Origin: Amphiscolops sp. MND2022
Lineage: Eukaryota
Direction of reading: 5' to 3'
Length of the DNA stretch: 64,000 nt
Assembly: GCA_964187785.1 (NCBI GenBank)
Contig: OZ076413.1
Location: 45,014,001 to 45,078,000, forward strand
The position numbers and the translations under genes are program-made. Below the pieces are notes generated by a model. It saw only the letters and a program-made list of their open reading frames with translations. It made no database searches and was not told the origin of the DNA. The stretch's first letter is position 1; each line of letters begins with the position of its first letter. Positions 48,925 through 61,990 of this stretch are shown piece after piece.

Positions 48925-49264
48925 AACAAATTATGAGTGATTACAGAACCTAAAACATAACGAAAATAAATTCAAATTTTCCCGGTCAAACGTAGCAACG
49001 ACAGTGAAATTTTACTCTTTTTTCCGCAGAATACAACCAAGCCATTTTTGTGGAATCAGCTGCCACAAAAAGAATGAAATTACGTCAACATTTAAGATTA
49101 AAGAAGCAAATTTATTGAAATTCATCGTCGTGAAAATGATCCTCCAATTCTAATCATGCAATTTTTTCCAGTAGAGACAGTCGTCTCGAAAGTATACAAA
49201 TCACAATATCTTCTCTTGTATTTTATCAAGCCCACGAGAACTCTTCTTCCCATGACAGTGGCCC

Positions 49265-50929
49265 TGTCACATTCCGTGCCCGGACTGGGTTAAACTAAAA
49301 CAAACTGAAATTAAATCTCTGGAATTCATTCCAAATTGCTCGTCAGAACTACGTCACTAGGGTGGCAGCTAGCTAGAATTTCATTCCAAATATCCGCCAG
49401 CATGACGTCACAGCTATGGCAGCTAGTTAGAAATCTTTCCAAATTCACGTCGCGACTACGTCACTGCATTGGCAGCTAGCTAGAAATTCATTCCAAAATT
49501 GTGACGTCAATATCTCGTCTAACTTGGCAGCTAGCTAGAACAAAAGACTCGTCAGCGTGTCGTCAAACTTGGCAGCTTGCCAAGCTAGCTGAGAAAACTT
49601 GTCAACGTGTTGTTGCAAATCCATCAAAATAGCTATTTTATTCCATCCAAAATACCAATTTCACGTCCACGCTACGTCCACTATAATTGCGGACTAAGTC
49701 TATTACCAAATTTACGTCCACGCTACGTCCACTATAATGGCGAACTAAGTCCAATACCAAATGTACGTCCACACTACGTCCCAAATTTATGAAATTAGAC
49801 GTTTTAGTCAGTATTAATTTTAAAAGAAGCCTCATTTTACTACGGTAAAACTAACCGAAGCTAGAATATGAATCAACGTCAACACTACGTCGCAATTTAA
49901 CTAACCAAGTCAAATTTTGAATCTATGTCAACGCTACGTCAACTAATATACTAGAAGTTGAGAAAACACATTTCTACGTCAGTATTGCGTCGACTAAGAT
50001 TGAATTCGAACGGAATACGGTATTTAGGCCACGATTTTTCAGACTAACCTAAATTAACAGTGTTTTTACACTATTCAAATTGGTGACAGTTTATCTTCAA
50101 TTTGTGTTATTAAAGGGCAGTCTAAGCAGGCTTTTTAAATGTATGTTTTGATTACCTAATTTAATAATTTCATTGACAGTTTGACGATGTCACGTCGTTT
50201 TTTATTGTTGCTCAAAGGTGTTGCTCTTAGCTTTAATCAGATGAACAATTGTTAATTGTTGAAATATTTAATTTTTTAGCCTCATGTAAATCAGTCACTC
50301 TCTTAGCATCACCAAATTGCCTAAATCAAGATAATATGTCATAATTTTTTTCAAGTAAAAACTCAAAATCAGGTATTAGTTGTTCACGTCAGCGTCATCT
50401 CCGCGTCGGTTTCTTACGAACCAAAGCAGTAAAACGGGGAAATATTTCCGTTTTGACAGAATGAAGTAATATCTACTTCCTGCTTGGGAGGAAACAAAAG
50501 GACGCCGGAATGAAATGATATGATCATGGTTGATGACTAATACTAGATTAGAATTGCCGTGTCTTAAAAATTGACGAAATGCTAACGCAGATCAAAATTT
50601 TGCCGCAAAATTACAGGAAGTGACTAATATCCCATGGAAATTAAAGTACGCGAGTATGAACAGATGATGCTAGGAGGGTATATATAGCTTGTAACTGTAA
50701 AATTATTCATTCAATTTGTTATTCAACCTGCATTTCAGTTTTGTTCTTCTTTTCGATTGAATATCTACCTTTGTTAAACGCAAAACTCAAAACCTAAATA
50801 TGAAACACATTGTTCAAAACAATCATATCTTCATCAAGATATCAACTAGAGGTCGGAAACCGGTCCAGCAGGAGATTAGCAGAAAACATCCATACTAGCC
50901 AAAGTAGTGATCGAACAAAGTTCGTAACA
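49265..50929 (+). repeat. E4 3' LTR
   Basis: Direct repeat of 45602-47246, followed by the TSD. Confidence 0.93.
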
Positions 50930-51636
50930 CCATGATGTTTTGTATTTCAAGTATCATACTTGAAATACAAAACATCATGGGTTCGCTGTCTTCAAGTCAT
51001 AGGACCCCAAGTCCGGGTTGTCCTTCAATGGTCAGACCTATAATCAGACAAAGGAAAACAAAAATAACAAAGAAGGACTCTAGGTCTGTATTTGATCTTA
51101 GGGACACTGGGGACCTAAATCCCTACACAGGCACAGGCAAACTTTGCTCTTATATAGCTGAAGGATTGTCGCCAACTGATAACAACCGAGAAAATTCCGT
51201 TATCGTCAAGACTTATATTCAAAAAACCAACTCTCATGGAGAAATATTGCTGAATCCAATCTAAGAACAATAGGAATCAATCGCTTCTCCAAAAAAGTAT
51301 TTCTCAACTGGGAATTTCAACAAAGAGAAGTGAGAGTTCTAATGCGCAGAGAAAAGATTCTATTCATCAAGAAAACATAAGAAAATCAACAACAGTAATT
51401 ACATCGAAAGTTGTAATCTGAATGCCAATTGCTCTTTCTAAAATGTAAAGTGAAACAGTTTTAAAAGTTTATGACAGTTGTTCACACAAATTGCAAACAA
51501 AAACGATAAAATGCTTTGGAGCAAGTTGCCTAAGATATTGACATGAAGTTTCCCTATCGAATCGCCCCTGTTGAAATTGTTTAAAAGCCTCGGTAGAGAT
51601 TGGAAAACAGTAGAAAGATGTCTTAGGTGAATTGAA

Positions 51637-52868
51637 TGTCCTCCCTCCTTTCGCCCCGTTAGCCGTGAAATCACAGGGATATATTCGGACCAGTAGGACG
51701 CTTTTCTTGTCTACCGTATTAGCGTGCATGTATAAGAGCATGTGACCGATTTAATTTATGTATGTAGTTGCTACTGCTACTGTTATGTTGGAAGAGCCTG
51801 GAAGTCATGTAAACAATTTTTAGCTGCTACGCTTTGATGCTTTTTTTAGAGTTAAAACACGTCATAGCGTTAACCATAGGTTCTCTTTTTAGTCAATGTG
51901 ACCTTATCTAAAGCATCAAGGAGACAGAAAGCAAAAGCAAGAAGGTCTAGAGACATGGACATGATGTCCGCCTTTGAAAATTTGGAAGTGTTACTCTGTA
52001 GTGAAAATACATTTCCTACAGAAAGGGAATTAGCTAATACCAATAATGATTCAATCAATAACAACAACACTGATGCCTTTTCCCAACAAAGAGGTAATTC
52101 CTCACAGGAGAATTAGATTCTTTGTTTTGGTGGTGTAAATACCATCCCTAGATAGGATAGACTGCTTGAGTCTATGGAAATACCCTCAGATGAGATCAAA
52201 ATGCGTCTTTCATAGGAAATGAACTTCCTGATGTCAGTGTGGTATTCTCAGATCAATAGAGCTATAAGTTCCACTATTAACGACAGTGTCATGAAAGACG
52301 CATATTGATCTCATCTGAGGGTATTTCCATAGACTCAAGCAGTCTATCCTATCTAGGGATGGTATTTACACCACCAAAACAAAGAATCTAATTCTCCTGT
52401 GAGGAATTACCTCTTTGTTGGGAAAAGGCATCAGTGTCGTTGTTATTGATTGAATCATTATTGGTATTAGCTAATTCCCTTTCTGTAGGAAATGTATTTT
52501 CACTACAGAGTAACACTTCCAAATTTTCAAAGGCGGACATCATGTCCATGTCTCTAGACCTTCTTGCTTTTGCTTTCTGTCTCCTTGATGCTTTAGATAA
52601 GGTCACATTGACTAAAAAGAGAACCTATGGTTAGCGCTATGACGTGTTTTAACTCTAAAAAAGCATCAAAGCGTAGCAGCTAAAAAATTGTTTACATGAC
52701 TTCCAGGCTCTTCCAACATAACAGTAGCAGTAGCAACTACATACATAAATTAAACCGGTCACATGCTCTTATACAAGCACGCTAATACGGTAGACAAGAA
52801 AAGCGTCCTACTGGTCCGAATATATCCCTGTGATTTCACGGCTAACGGGGCGAAAGGAGGGAGGACAT
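51637..52868. repeat. Near-perfect inverted duplication (~577-bp arms, 77-bp spacer) of E5 LTR/gag-start sequence
   Basis: 51637-52213 is the reverse complement of 52291-52868; ORF LSKASRRQKAKARRSRDMDMM occurs on both strands. Confidence 0.92.
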
Positions 52869-53721
52869 TTTGGCCGTATTTTTAGTATAAATACTTATCT
52901 CATGGACGAAATGTGGATTCCAACAATATTTTCATGTATAAATAACATCGTGTATAATCATTACTTCAAATGGACCAGAGAGGGTCAAATCCAATTGCCT
53001 GTCTTTGCTGTCCTTTTATTCAAGCCGCAGATGGCTTCATTCACACTGCACTCTAATAGAGTACTGTATTATATTACGGCAGCATCGCTCCAGAATTCAG
53101 TGAATAAAGCCGCAACCGGCTAATTACCACGATCAATTAATATATCACAGCACTAGGCCGTACTCGGCCTTTGTTTGATTAGCACAAGCGCATATTTGCA
53201 ATGTATTCCAAAATGGAGTCAAGTGATTGGTCGATACTAATTTGGAATTGCTGTCCGCCGCGCTAGGCAAGGAAACAGTTGAACGCGTTTCCTTTGCATG
53301 TACGCCTTGGTGTCCAAATTCTATAATATTACAAGTACAAAAGCAACAAATAATCCATTTGTATACATACATAATAATTGTAAGTTTAGCAACACAAACA
53401 AACTAAGTGAGGAGTTAATGTATGGGGAGTGTTCATTCAGTGAAAGGGAATTTTCCCAGGCGGACACGATGGTAAGTGTACGACACAGAGTACCGATTAC
53501 CATCGCAGGTGGCAGCCTGCACCACTCACCCTGGCATCAAAAAGAAAGTCCCTGAGGTCATCCCGTCAAGGATTGCCCTTCTTCTTGCTTCTGTCTGAGC
53601 TGCCGATTCGCCGATTGTCACAGTCTTTTAAGGTAGTCTTCTGCTGTTTCATTCTGTATCTGCAATACAGATTTCTCGAAAACGACACAGTCTCAGTATC
53701 TTGCTAAGGGCGTCCCCTTCG

Positions 53722-54162
53722 TTAGAGACATTTCGTCAAAATGGCTGGAGATCGTTTCTGCCGTAGGCGTTGCCATATCACATACATATTCTGGTACGGT
53801 ATCTTCGGGCGGTGGGGACAGAGGAGTACCAGGTTTCGGCGTAATATGATTGACTGGTTGTTTTTTGTCCTGTTATCTCTTGGGACTGCTCCGTTACCCC
53901 GACCAAGGTTAAAGTGTCCTTGGTTGAAAGTAGGGTGAAGAGGTAGGGCAGGCCGTGTCGTCACTACTCTCGTATTTCCTCGATTAGAGCTCGGACCAGG
54001 GATTGGAATGGGGTCCGCCAATTGTTTCTCCGCACAGCTTGTCATAAGGGCAATTTCCTCAGACTCCTCTTCGGATGATGAAGTGACGTCTAACACTGAG
54101 CTCGTACTGAGATAGACCATACCGACCTCCTCGTCACTCGAGATAAAGAAAACGCTGCTCAC
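53722..54162 (-). CDS. E5 ORF3 counterpart, acidic with SIM-like motifs (probably decayed)
   Basis: VFFISSDEE, VYLSTSS, VLDVTSSSEEESEE; same position and orientation as E3 ORF3. Confidence 0.5.
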   Translation of the reverse strand: MSSVFFISSDEEVGMVYLSTSSVLDVTSSSEEESEEIALMTSCAEKQLADPIPIPGPSSNRGNTRVVTTRPALPLHPTFNQGHFNLGRGNGAVPRDNRTKNNQSIILRRNLVLLCPHRPKIPYQNMYVIWQRLRQKRSPAILTKCL

Positions 54163-54949
54163 TGCAGTTTTACTACCCTAAATGTCCATCGGAAATTGTT
54201 GGGCCATTATGGTTTCTTTTTATAATTTTCTTGGCAATCTTGACAATTTTGTTAGTTCGATTTAAGTCTAGTTTCAGATAAACGACTGCTTGCGCCGAAA
54301 TGAAATGCCAGATTGAATTTTTCCTACTTAGATCATTCCCCAAACTAGTTTGGTTTTTCCAACAATCTTTCTTCACAATCTTTCTTCAAGAATTTCCTCA
54401 ATAACAGAGCCATCAAGTCTTTGATCACTAGCGGATGCCGCTTTGTTGGCTTTTCATCGCTTCTGATGTCCTTCTTGCCGTGAGTGACTATCAACACGAC
54501 GCTGAGAGTTTTCTTCTTTTTCAGCAGTCACTTGAGACTTAAAAGTGGGGTAGTTGCTGGCCGATCGCTTTCTCCGTCCTTCAGCTCTCAACCAATAGGT
54601 TTGCAGCAAGATTTTCATCAGCGAGAATGGTCGCTTAAGGCTTCCAATCCGAATAAGGTATAAAATATTTTTTTTTTGTAAAATGATGGAATATTAGTAA
54701 AAAAGGTCAAGTTTTCAAAACTGTAACTAATGTAGATCTTCCTGGCAGATTATATCCTCATATCATCTAAATTCTGTCAACTCCTTGTTACATCGTCAAC
54801 TTCCATTCTCAGTTCATACATAATAACCGATTTGTATTATCCAGTATTTAATCACCATTTGGTCCTATAGTTGTTTTTCTCATTTCTTTCCGTTGTATAT
54901 ATCATGTAGTATTTTATCTCCTTGTATCATCTTCCTCATCCTCCCTTGT

Positions 54950-57900
54950 CTAGTCTTCGGAGAGTCAACATTACGTCCTTCATCTGCTTATTGACACGGC
55001 CCTTGCTTGGGATTTCGCCATCAAGTCTGTCCACAGCGGACAGTCTGAGCGCCTATGTGGAAAGAACAATTGGGGAACTGATTCAGAGCGAAGTCTGCCA
55101 AGAAGATTCTTTCCTGCATCCTACTTCTCATTCTACAGCAGATGCACCAGTTGGTCTGTCAATCGACAATGCCTCGGAGTCTGACCAGATTGCAGTTTTC
55201 CCAAGTTTGCAAGCAACTGATACTGATCAGGATGACGATGAAGAGGTTATTAGCGACGTTAGCGTACGCCATGTTGGGCTGAATTACTTTACCACAGATA
55301 CTAGCGAGGTCGAAGATTTGTTGGACAGTTCTGGAGCTTAATCTGACTTTCAACATCCACACACCAGCATCTCCGAGTCTGATACTTTCGCCTATCTGGG
55401 AGAAGGCCCATTGCCTAATGCAGCAGCTCTGGAGAAAGGGGAACAGCCTGTGCCGTGCCGGATGAAAGTTGCACGGATGGTTATACCACAGAAGGCTATG
55501 CCAATGGGGCACTCAGTTCTGACGAATACATTGACGGATTTACCACCACCCAGGACAGTGAAGACAAAGCATCTGACTACTACAGCGAGAGCAGAACTCG
55601 CGAGACTACTATCAGTGCTGGACATAGTAGTGCTGATTACAAGCCTCTGATCACCATGCAACAGACGTCAGACCGGGCTATTGTTATCCCTAGTCCCCCG
55701 CGCAAAAAAAACGAAAAAGGACATGTAATGAAAGAGGCGTATTTTAAAGAGATAAAATATACTAAAAGTTTTGTTTCCGAACCTCTCGACCCTGTCCACA
55801 ATAAATCCAAATTTTAGTGTCAAATTTCAAGACAAGTGTGTCGATATTTTCTAAGGGAACCCGAGAGGATGTACGTCAATATCAAGCTGAGTCCCACCAG
55901 AGGAATGACCAACGATGGAGGTACGAGTATCTCAATACCACAAATGGGATCACCGGGGTCATAACCCACCAAGTTAGGGGAAAAGACGGCATGTCCTTAC
56001 ATCTTTGGAGCTTCAGAAGAGAAACCACAGTTTGAGTTTGCTCCAGTAGTTCATATTGGTGACGTAATCCCGCTTTACGATGACTACATAGCTCGTGCTC
56101 GTGCAAGTTCGGGCCCTGAGGATGTCCGGCTACGAACCCAGATTGCCCTTATTGGCCAGTTTGTTCCTAGTGACGGGAACATCTCCCTACTCCAACGTCT
56201 GTGTGTTCAAGTGGGAATATTTACCAATCATCAGGAGCTGTTTTCCGATTTCAATTGGGATTTAACAACCTCAACTGTACGTAGCCTTTCATCACATTTT
56301 CACCCTTTCACTTTTAGACCGAGACTCTTGCACCAAGTCGGCTAATGTCAATGCGCTTACAATTTCTTTTCTTCGTGGTTCAGACGATCTTTCATTACAT
56401 TTTCTCGTGTGGAATTGCTGACGTGGCCCACAATATCTCCATTGCTGGTAAATTTTCTCTGGAGTTCGAGACTAAAGGTAGCTGCTGCAAAGTCCGTCCG
56501 ATTTTGGAAAAAGGCATCCTTACAAGAGTCCAGCTTTGCAAGCACAGCCTCAGAGTCGACCCTGCTGTTGGACAACAGCGTTTCGCGACTCCTCTCGATG
56601 ATCTCCACCAGACGGAAAACATCAACTTGTCAGTGTGTCTAGGTGTTTCGCCAGTCTGATACAAATGCTGGAGATGTCAACTTCGTTTCTTCATGGGGTG
56701 CAATACCCCTTTCGTTTCAATGCCTCCTCTTTACAAAGACTCATGCAGCAACGTGTGGGGTTATCAGACGGATACACCGCTTCGCTCAAGTCCACTACTT
56801 GATTGTTTTCCTCAACGTCTGCCAAAACCAACCATGGTTCACTAAGTGCCCAGAGCTCTCCAAAGTTAGTTTGATTTCTCGCTTTGGTTTACAGGCGAGG
56901 AGGTCTGGATTCTTATGATTCTGTTTTGTAGGCAATGCTGACTAGTGAGATGCGACTCCGGTCAATTTCAACTATATGCTCTGAGCTCCTTGCCAGTTGG
57001 AAGGCCATCATGGACTACAAAACTAGAGCTGCTCCGACCCAACAAATTCAAGGAGTTAAGAATAGGAAGAGCATGTATCACTGATTGTTTCGTCTGTCTT
57101 TTCTATCTAGCTGTTCTTACCGCAACAGTAGTTCTTCTGAACCCGCTTAATTTTTTGGTCTTGGTATAGTCCCAGAGAATCGAATAGATGATTATTGCCG
57201 ACTTCTACATCCTCGTGAAGTTGGAGTTCTCTGGCCGTATTGTGCATGATTGGTAGTATCTCATTTTCCTATACCCATGACTTGATTATCACTGTAAGCT
57301 TTTAGCACCTAAGGAACAATAGGGCTTCAGGTCTTCAAGTGACCCTGATCAGAGGTTGTTTTGTTTTGATATCAAGTGTTTCTAAAGGAGTCCCCTTGGA
57401 CGTAAAGGTTCAGGTTTCGTTACTAATGACCAACTCCATCAGTTCGTGCGTAAGCTCTGTTACCGTTTTATGATCGCAGAACATGTGCGTAGTGAGGTGG
57501 ACTGGTCTAGCCTACTTGATATTCGAAGTCAAGATTTGAAGCAACTGTCTGCGCGGGAGTCCTCCAGCGTTTCAAGTTCAAGACTGATTTGGTTGGGCCT
57601 GCACGTGTCAAGGCGCAACAAGAGATAAACGACAGCAAGTCCAGCTCCGTAAACTTGCTCGACATGACTGATTCCATACCGGAAGGAAGGATTAGTGATT
57701 AAGGATCGCAATTATTTGGTGTACCTGTTGGAAGCTTTCTCAGCTGACGTGAGCCTGAAAGCGGACATCGTGCGTAGCATGTCCATTTTCGACCCCACAG
57801 TGTTATTGTCGTTGGCTGTGGAACAGGCTTCTCCCTGTTTCTCCGCGCTGTATAACAGCTTTCACTTGCGTGGATGGTTAGATGGGTGATGAACTTCTTT

Positions 57901-58350
57901 CACTTGCGTGATGAATATCAGAAGATCATCGATTTCTTCAGTCGCGATTACTGCAATTTGAAAGGAGGACCAGAACTTGTGAACGGCCTGGTTTCTTGTT
58001 GTCCACACTGCCTGAATTGCAGATCCGCAACATTTACATCGGGTTCTCCAGTTGTGTTGCCTGTGTCTAACGGAGAATACAGTGGAATTCCAGCTATCAA
58101 GTTCCAGGACATTGATGAAGGTGATCCCGGAAGTCCACTCTTTGTGATGTTCTTCTCCCCGGACTCACGTTGGCTCGTTTGGCCGCAAAATATACTAGAA
58201 GATTTTAACCTCAATTTATAAGAATCGTCGAGATCATCCTCGTCTCATCATTCGATCTGCCCCGTCTTCCGTTTTTTTCCGGGACAAGGAAAAATTTCAC
58301 GAAGTCACCAGGAGAAAAGTAGAATACCTTTTTCGGCAACGTTTCCGCTT
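54950..58350 (+). pseudogene. E5 antisense hAT-transposase-like gene, decayed, including a C-terminal region missing from E3
   Basis: Acidic N-terminus; FVSEPLDPVHNKSKF*CQ...SIFSKGTREDVRQYQAESHQRNDQRWRY (degenerate zinc finger); IFHYIFSCGIADVAHNISIAGKFSLEFET; QFVRKLCYR..DWSSLLDI; DIVRSMSIFDP. Confidence 0.6.
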
Positions 58351-58799
58351 CAGAGGTCCCTGAAACTGTAAAAGAGAACCAACAAGGGTCTTCTAAAGAT
58401 TAATTGTACAAAGAGTACTTTTGTCCTTAGATTCCTTGGGTGTTTGTATCTTGTTTCCAAACTGACTTTGTAATTTTTCATACTTGATAAAAATGATATT
58501 GTCTGAAATTTCATCAGATTTTTCATTTTCCGAGACGGCACGGTAGTATAAGCGCGCCTTTTTGAAGCGACATCAGAGTCATTCAATTCATTTGTGAAGT
58601 CATTTTAATTTTCTGCCTCGTTAGGCAATTCGGCTGGTTATGAAGTCCCGCTTTCATTCTTTCCTCGCAGCAGCGTTCGTTGTCACTTACGCTGCTGCGT
58701 TCATTCTCCTCGATGACGTAATAGTCTACACCACCACTTGCGTCATCTTTTGGTGGGCGTGTGACCGTATCCGGTCAAATTTTTTTCTTGGCTCGAACA

Positions 58800-61700
58800 G
58801 CACGTAATCAAAATCGACTTCCCATGAAATAGTAAACAAGTCGTGTTGTGGTATTATTATTTCGTCGTCTGGTTGCAACTCTACTTTATTATAATTGTTT
58901 TCTAAAGAAGTATTCGAGACGTGCTTTGCTGTAATTCTTCTGCAAATTCAGTCGTTGGCATGAAGTTTTTGTTTGGGTTAATCCCAAGCTTATGATCTAG
59001 CACATTGGTAGGAACACGTCCATGAAAGATCATAAGTGAGCACTGGTGATCGCAGATACTTGTTTCATTGCCGTCGGTATTCACCTGAGGCAATTTTCAA
59101 GTTAACCTTGAGTGAAGCGTGAGTCCTCTCTAGTTTACCAAATGTTTGCGACGATTAGTAGTAGCACATTTAAGTGTTTTCCTCAGAATTCGCGTTATCT
59201 CTGCTATGATGGTCCCTTTTGGATGTAGAAGCAGTCCCTTTGTCCGTGCTGAGTATTGTCGGCAGATATGAGTGTTTAGTCATTGTATCAATTTGAATGT
59301 TATGTCAATTACGGTCATCGCTGTCTGGTATCCGCTCTTGGTAGGAAGATTCGCCAAAAGGTCAATTTGCATGGCGTCTTCCTGTTAACATTCTGGCAAA
59401 CTAGGCAATTCAAACGTTATTGAATTGTTTGGGACTCGCTTGTCTTTGGCGCAGATTTCGCATGCTTCTAACAATCCTCTATAATCAGCATGCCGTGTGA
59501 TTATATCGTTCTTGAGGACTAATCTATCTAAATTGTTTAGATAGTGTTTATATCGAATGTGCTGCTGGAGAACTTCCTCGGAGTATTCTTTCCTCAGGAT
59601 CTTTGTTTCCAATTGTAGCAAAATTGGGTCCTTGGATTGTTCTAGTAGGATTTGATTGATTCAGCGTTTTTTTCGGGTAAAAGTCGTGATTTCGTCGACA
59701 ATTGTTTCAAGTATTGCGTCAATTTGTATGACAGTCTTGTCGACCATGGGTCCGGTCCTAGACAATTTCTTTCGTTCCCAAGTCTGTTCTTCCGTCTCAT
59801 TGTCATTCTCAGTGAAGAAGACTTGATCCTCTTCGGACACTCCAGCTGATTGGACATTAAACTCGATAGGCCTTGTTTCGACATCATCTCGTATTTTCGA
59901 GACCAGTTTTTCTAGGCTCTTTTTCTAAACGGGACACAGTATTGTTCCTGCCGGGGATGTGGGCTATGAAAAAACTAAATTGGACCACAAAGTCGCGTAC
60001 GTTCCAAAGCGGTGGATGTTTTTGTTTTCGTCTGGAACAATCTCGGAACCAATTTGTTGTCTGTGCAACTTAATATCGATTGGGGTGTCCCAAGAAAGTG
60101 TTTCCAAATTCCTTGAAGGCGCAATATATAGCTAGGACTTTTGTTGCACATATTGGCGTTTGAGTTGTGAAAGAGTAAAGGTCTTCAATCCAAATGCAAT
60201 AGGCGCATAGGACTTTTCGACGTTAATGTACTTCTGATTTGGGTCGTCTTCAGTTGATATTGCATAGCTTGCATCCGTGAAACTTGCATCAGTCATTAGG
60301 ACTAAATGTTTGTTTTGGTAGAGGTTGCTTCAAGGACAATTGACTGCATTGGTCAATGTCTTTTTTGATTTCGTTGAATAGACGTACCAGTTCTTTGATA
60401 ACCAGGACCTTCTCGTCCTTTTTTGAGGAGTTGTGAGAGTGGTACTATCTTCTCCGATATACTATAGTAATTTGAATGTAATTTCGGTAATAGTTGAAGA
60501 AACCAATGTATCGTCGAAAGGCTTTTCGACTTTTGGGATTTTTGTTTTCTCGGAAAGGTTTCTGATTCGTTCCTTTTGAGGCTTTACTCCTTCCGAGGTA
60601 GTTGTTCTGCATATGAAGGCAACTTCCGTTAGCCAAAGTGGCATTTGTCCATTGCTAAATTTAATCTGGCATGAATAATGCATTCAAATGTCGCTCTCAA
60701 ATTTTTGATGAGATGGTCGATATTGTACACAAATTGGACACGTTGGACTGCCTTGTTTACTCCGTCCAAGTATCCTCTCAGAGAGCTAGAGAAGGCCGAC
60801 AGAGGACTTTACTGAGTCCTTGTGTCAATCTCCTGTAAGCGAAAGTCCTGCTGGCGGAATTGGAGGCAAGCATTTCAATGGACCTTTGGTCTGCCATTTG
60901 GAGGCAAACGATTCCGGCCATGTGTTGAGTAGCGTCAGTAAGTGTACTGACCGGGTGGTTTTGTCTACGTAATTGTCTGAGATGAAAGTTCTGATCTGCC
61001 TCAGGTCGACTAATATTCTGAGTTTCCCTTTAGACTTTTTATGCGCAAAGATCGGTCATATTTTGAGAACGACAGTGTTGTACTCAAGCCATATTTCTGA
61101 AGAAGAGTAAATCCACTGGGAAGTTTCCTTTCAAATTGACTGGAAAAGGAAGGGTTCGGCGATAGGCTGGTGAATCGTCCTTTCGGGTTCATTTGACAGC
61201 AAATTCGTCGTTCATACCAATGTCAAACCGTTGACGCGCGAAGATGTCGTGGAATTCGACCAATTGATCTCCAATCATTCTTATTTCAAGCTGTTGGAGC
61301 ACTGAGTCCTTCCGGTCAAAATTGCTACGAAGTTTTTCATCATCTTGCGGATTGGCTTTTCAGCTTCTTGTAGATTCCGTAGTGTTTGGAGGACTCATTT
61401 TTGAATTGGTGGTAACCAAGGGTCTCAGGGGTTGAAAACCAGTATTATTCAAACTGATATAGTCTACTGATTTAGTCTTTTGATTGCATTTTCCTCATTT
61501 TCTCCAGTTGATATCACATGGACACTGGGTCCACTGGTTTGACATGCTTCAATTCTGTCGGTGTCATAACCAAGAAATTTGCTATTGTGGTCCTTTTTTG
61601 AGCTTGTGCGGTTGATCATTGAGGTTGTTAAAGTGTACTTTTACTATCTCGTCGGCGTGTGACGACTGCAGCGCGAAAGATTTCGTCTCTTTTTTCATGC

Positions 61701-61990
61701 AGCGGGTCACTGGGTTGTAGTTTCCCTATGACCGCGTTTTCTGAGTAGAGCTGGGACTACAGTGTGATCATTCAGCGGGATCGTTAGATCCTCAGGCTTG
61801 AGTATAGGCTCCATTACATTGGAGCAGTTGTTGTCAACTTTTTCAAGTTGCAATGAGAAATAGTTGAAACTTGAGGATTCCTTGTCGCGTGTCGAAGACT
61901 GTGTGATTCCGTTGTAGCAACATCAGTCCTCTAATGACATACCTATGGGAAGGATGACATCCCAAGTTAAGCGCATCAATGACTAGCAAC
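58800..61990 (-). pseudogene. E5 pol remnants (PR, RT, RNase H, IN)
   Basis: KYGLSTTLSFSKY, NHPVSTLTDATQHMAG, RTFAYRRLTQGLS, FRRYIGFFNYYRNYI, LVLMTDAS, integrase CEICAKDK and IFHGRVP. Confidence 0.85.

Larger units (their letters stand above)
45602..50929 (+). mobile_element. E4: non-autonomous deletion derivative of the E3-like long-LTR lineage
   Basis: LTRs 45602-47246 and 49265-50929 (TG..CA), TSD CCATG (45597-45601, 50930-50934), PBS tggtgacaggagt, ~2-kb interior with remnants of gag, RT, antisense gene and ORF3. Confidence 0.93.
44941..51636. repeat. Palindrome with ~680-bp arms (1-nt centre at 50955), interrupted by the E4 insertion
   Basis: 44941-45601 plus 50935-50954 is the reverse complement of 50956-51636; duplicated ORF MGSLSSSHRTP on opposite strands. 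Confidence 0.9.
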
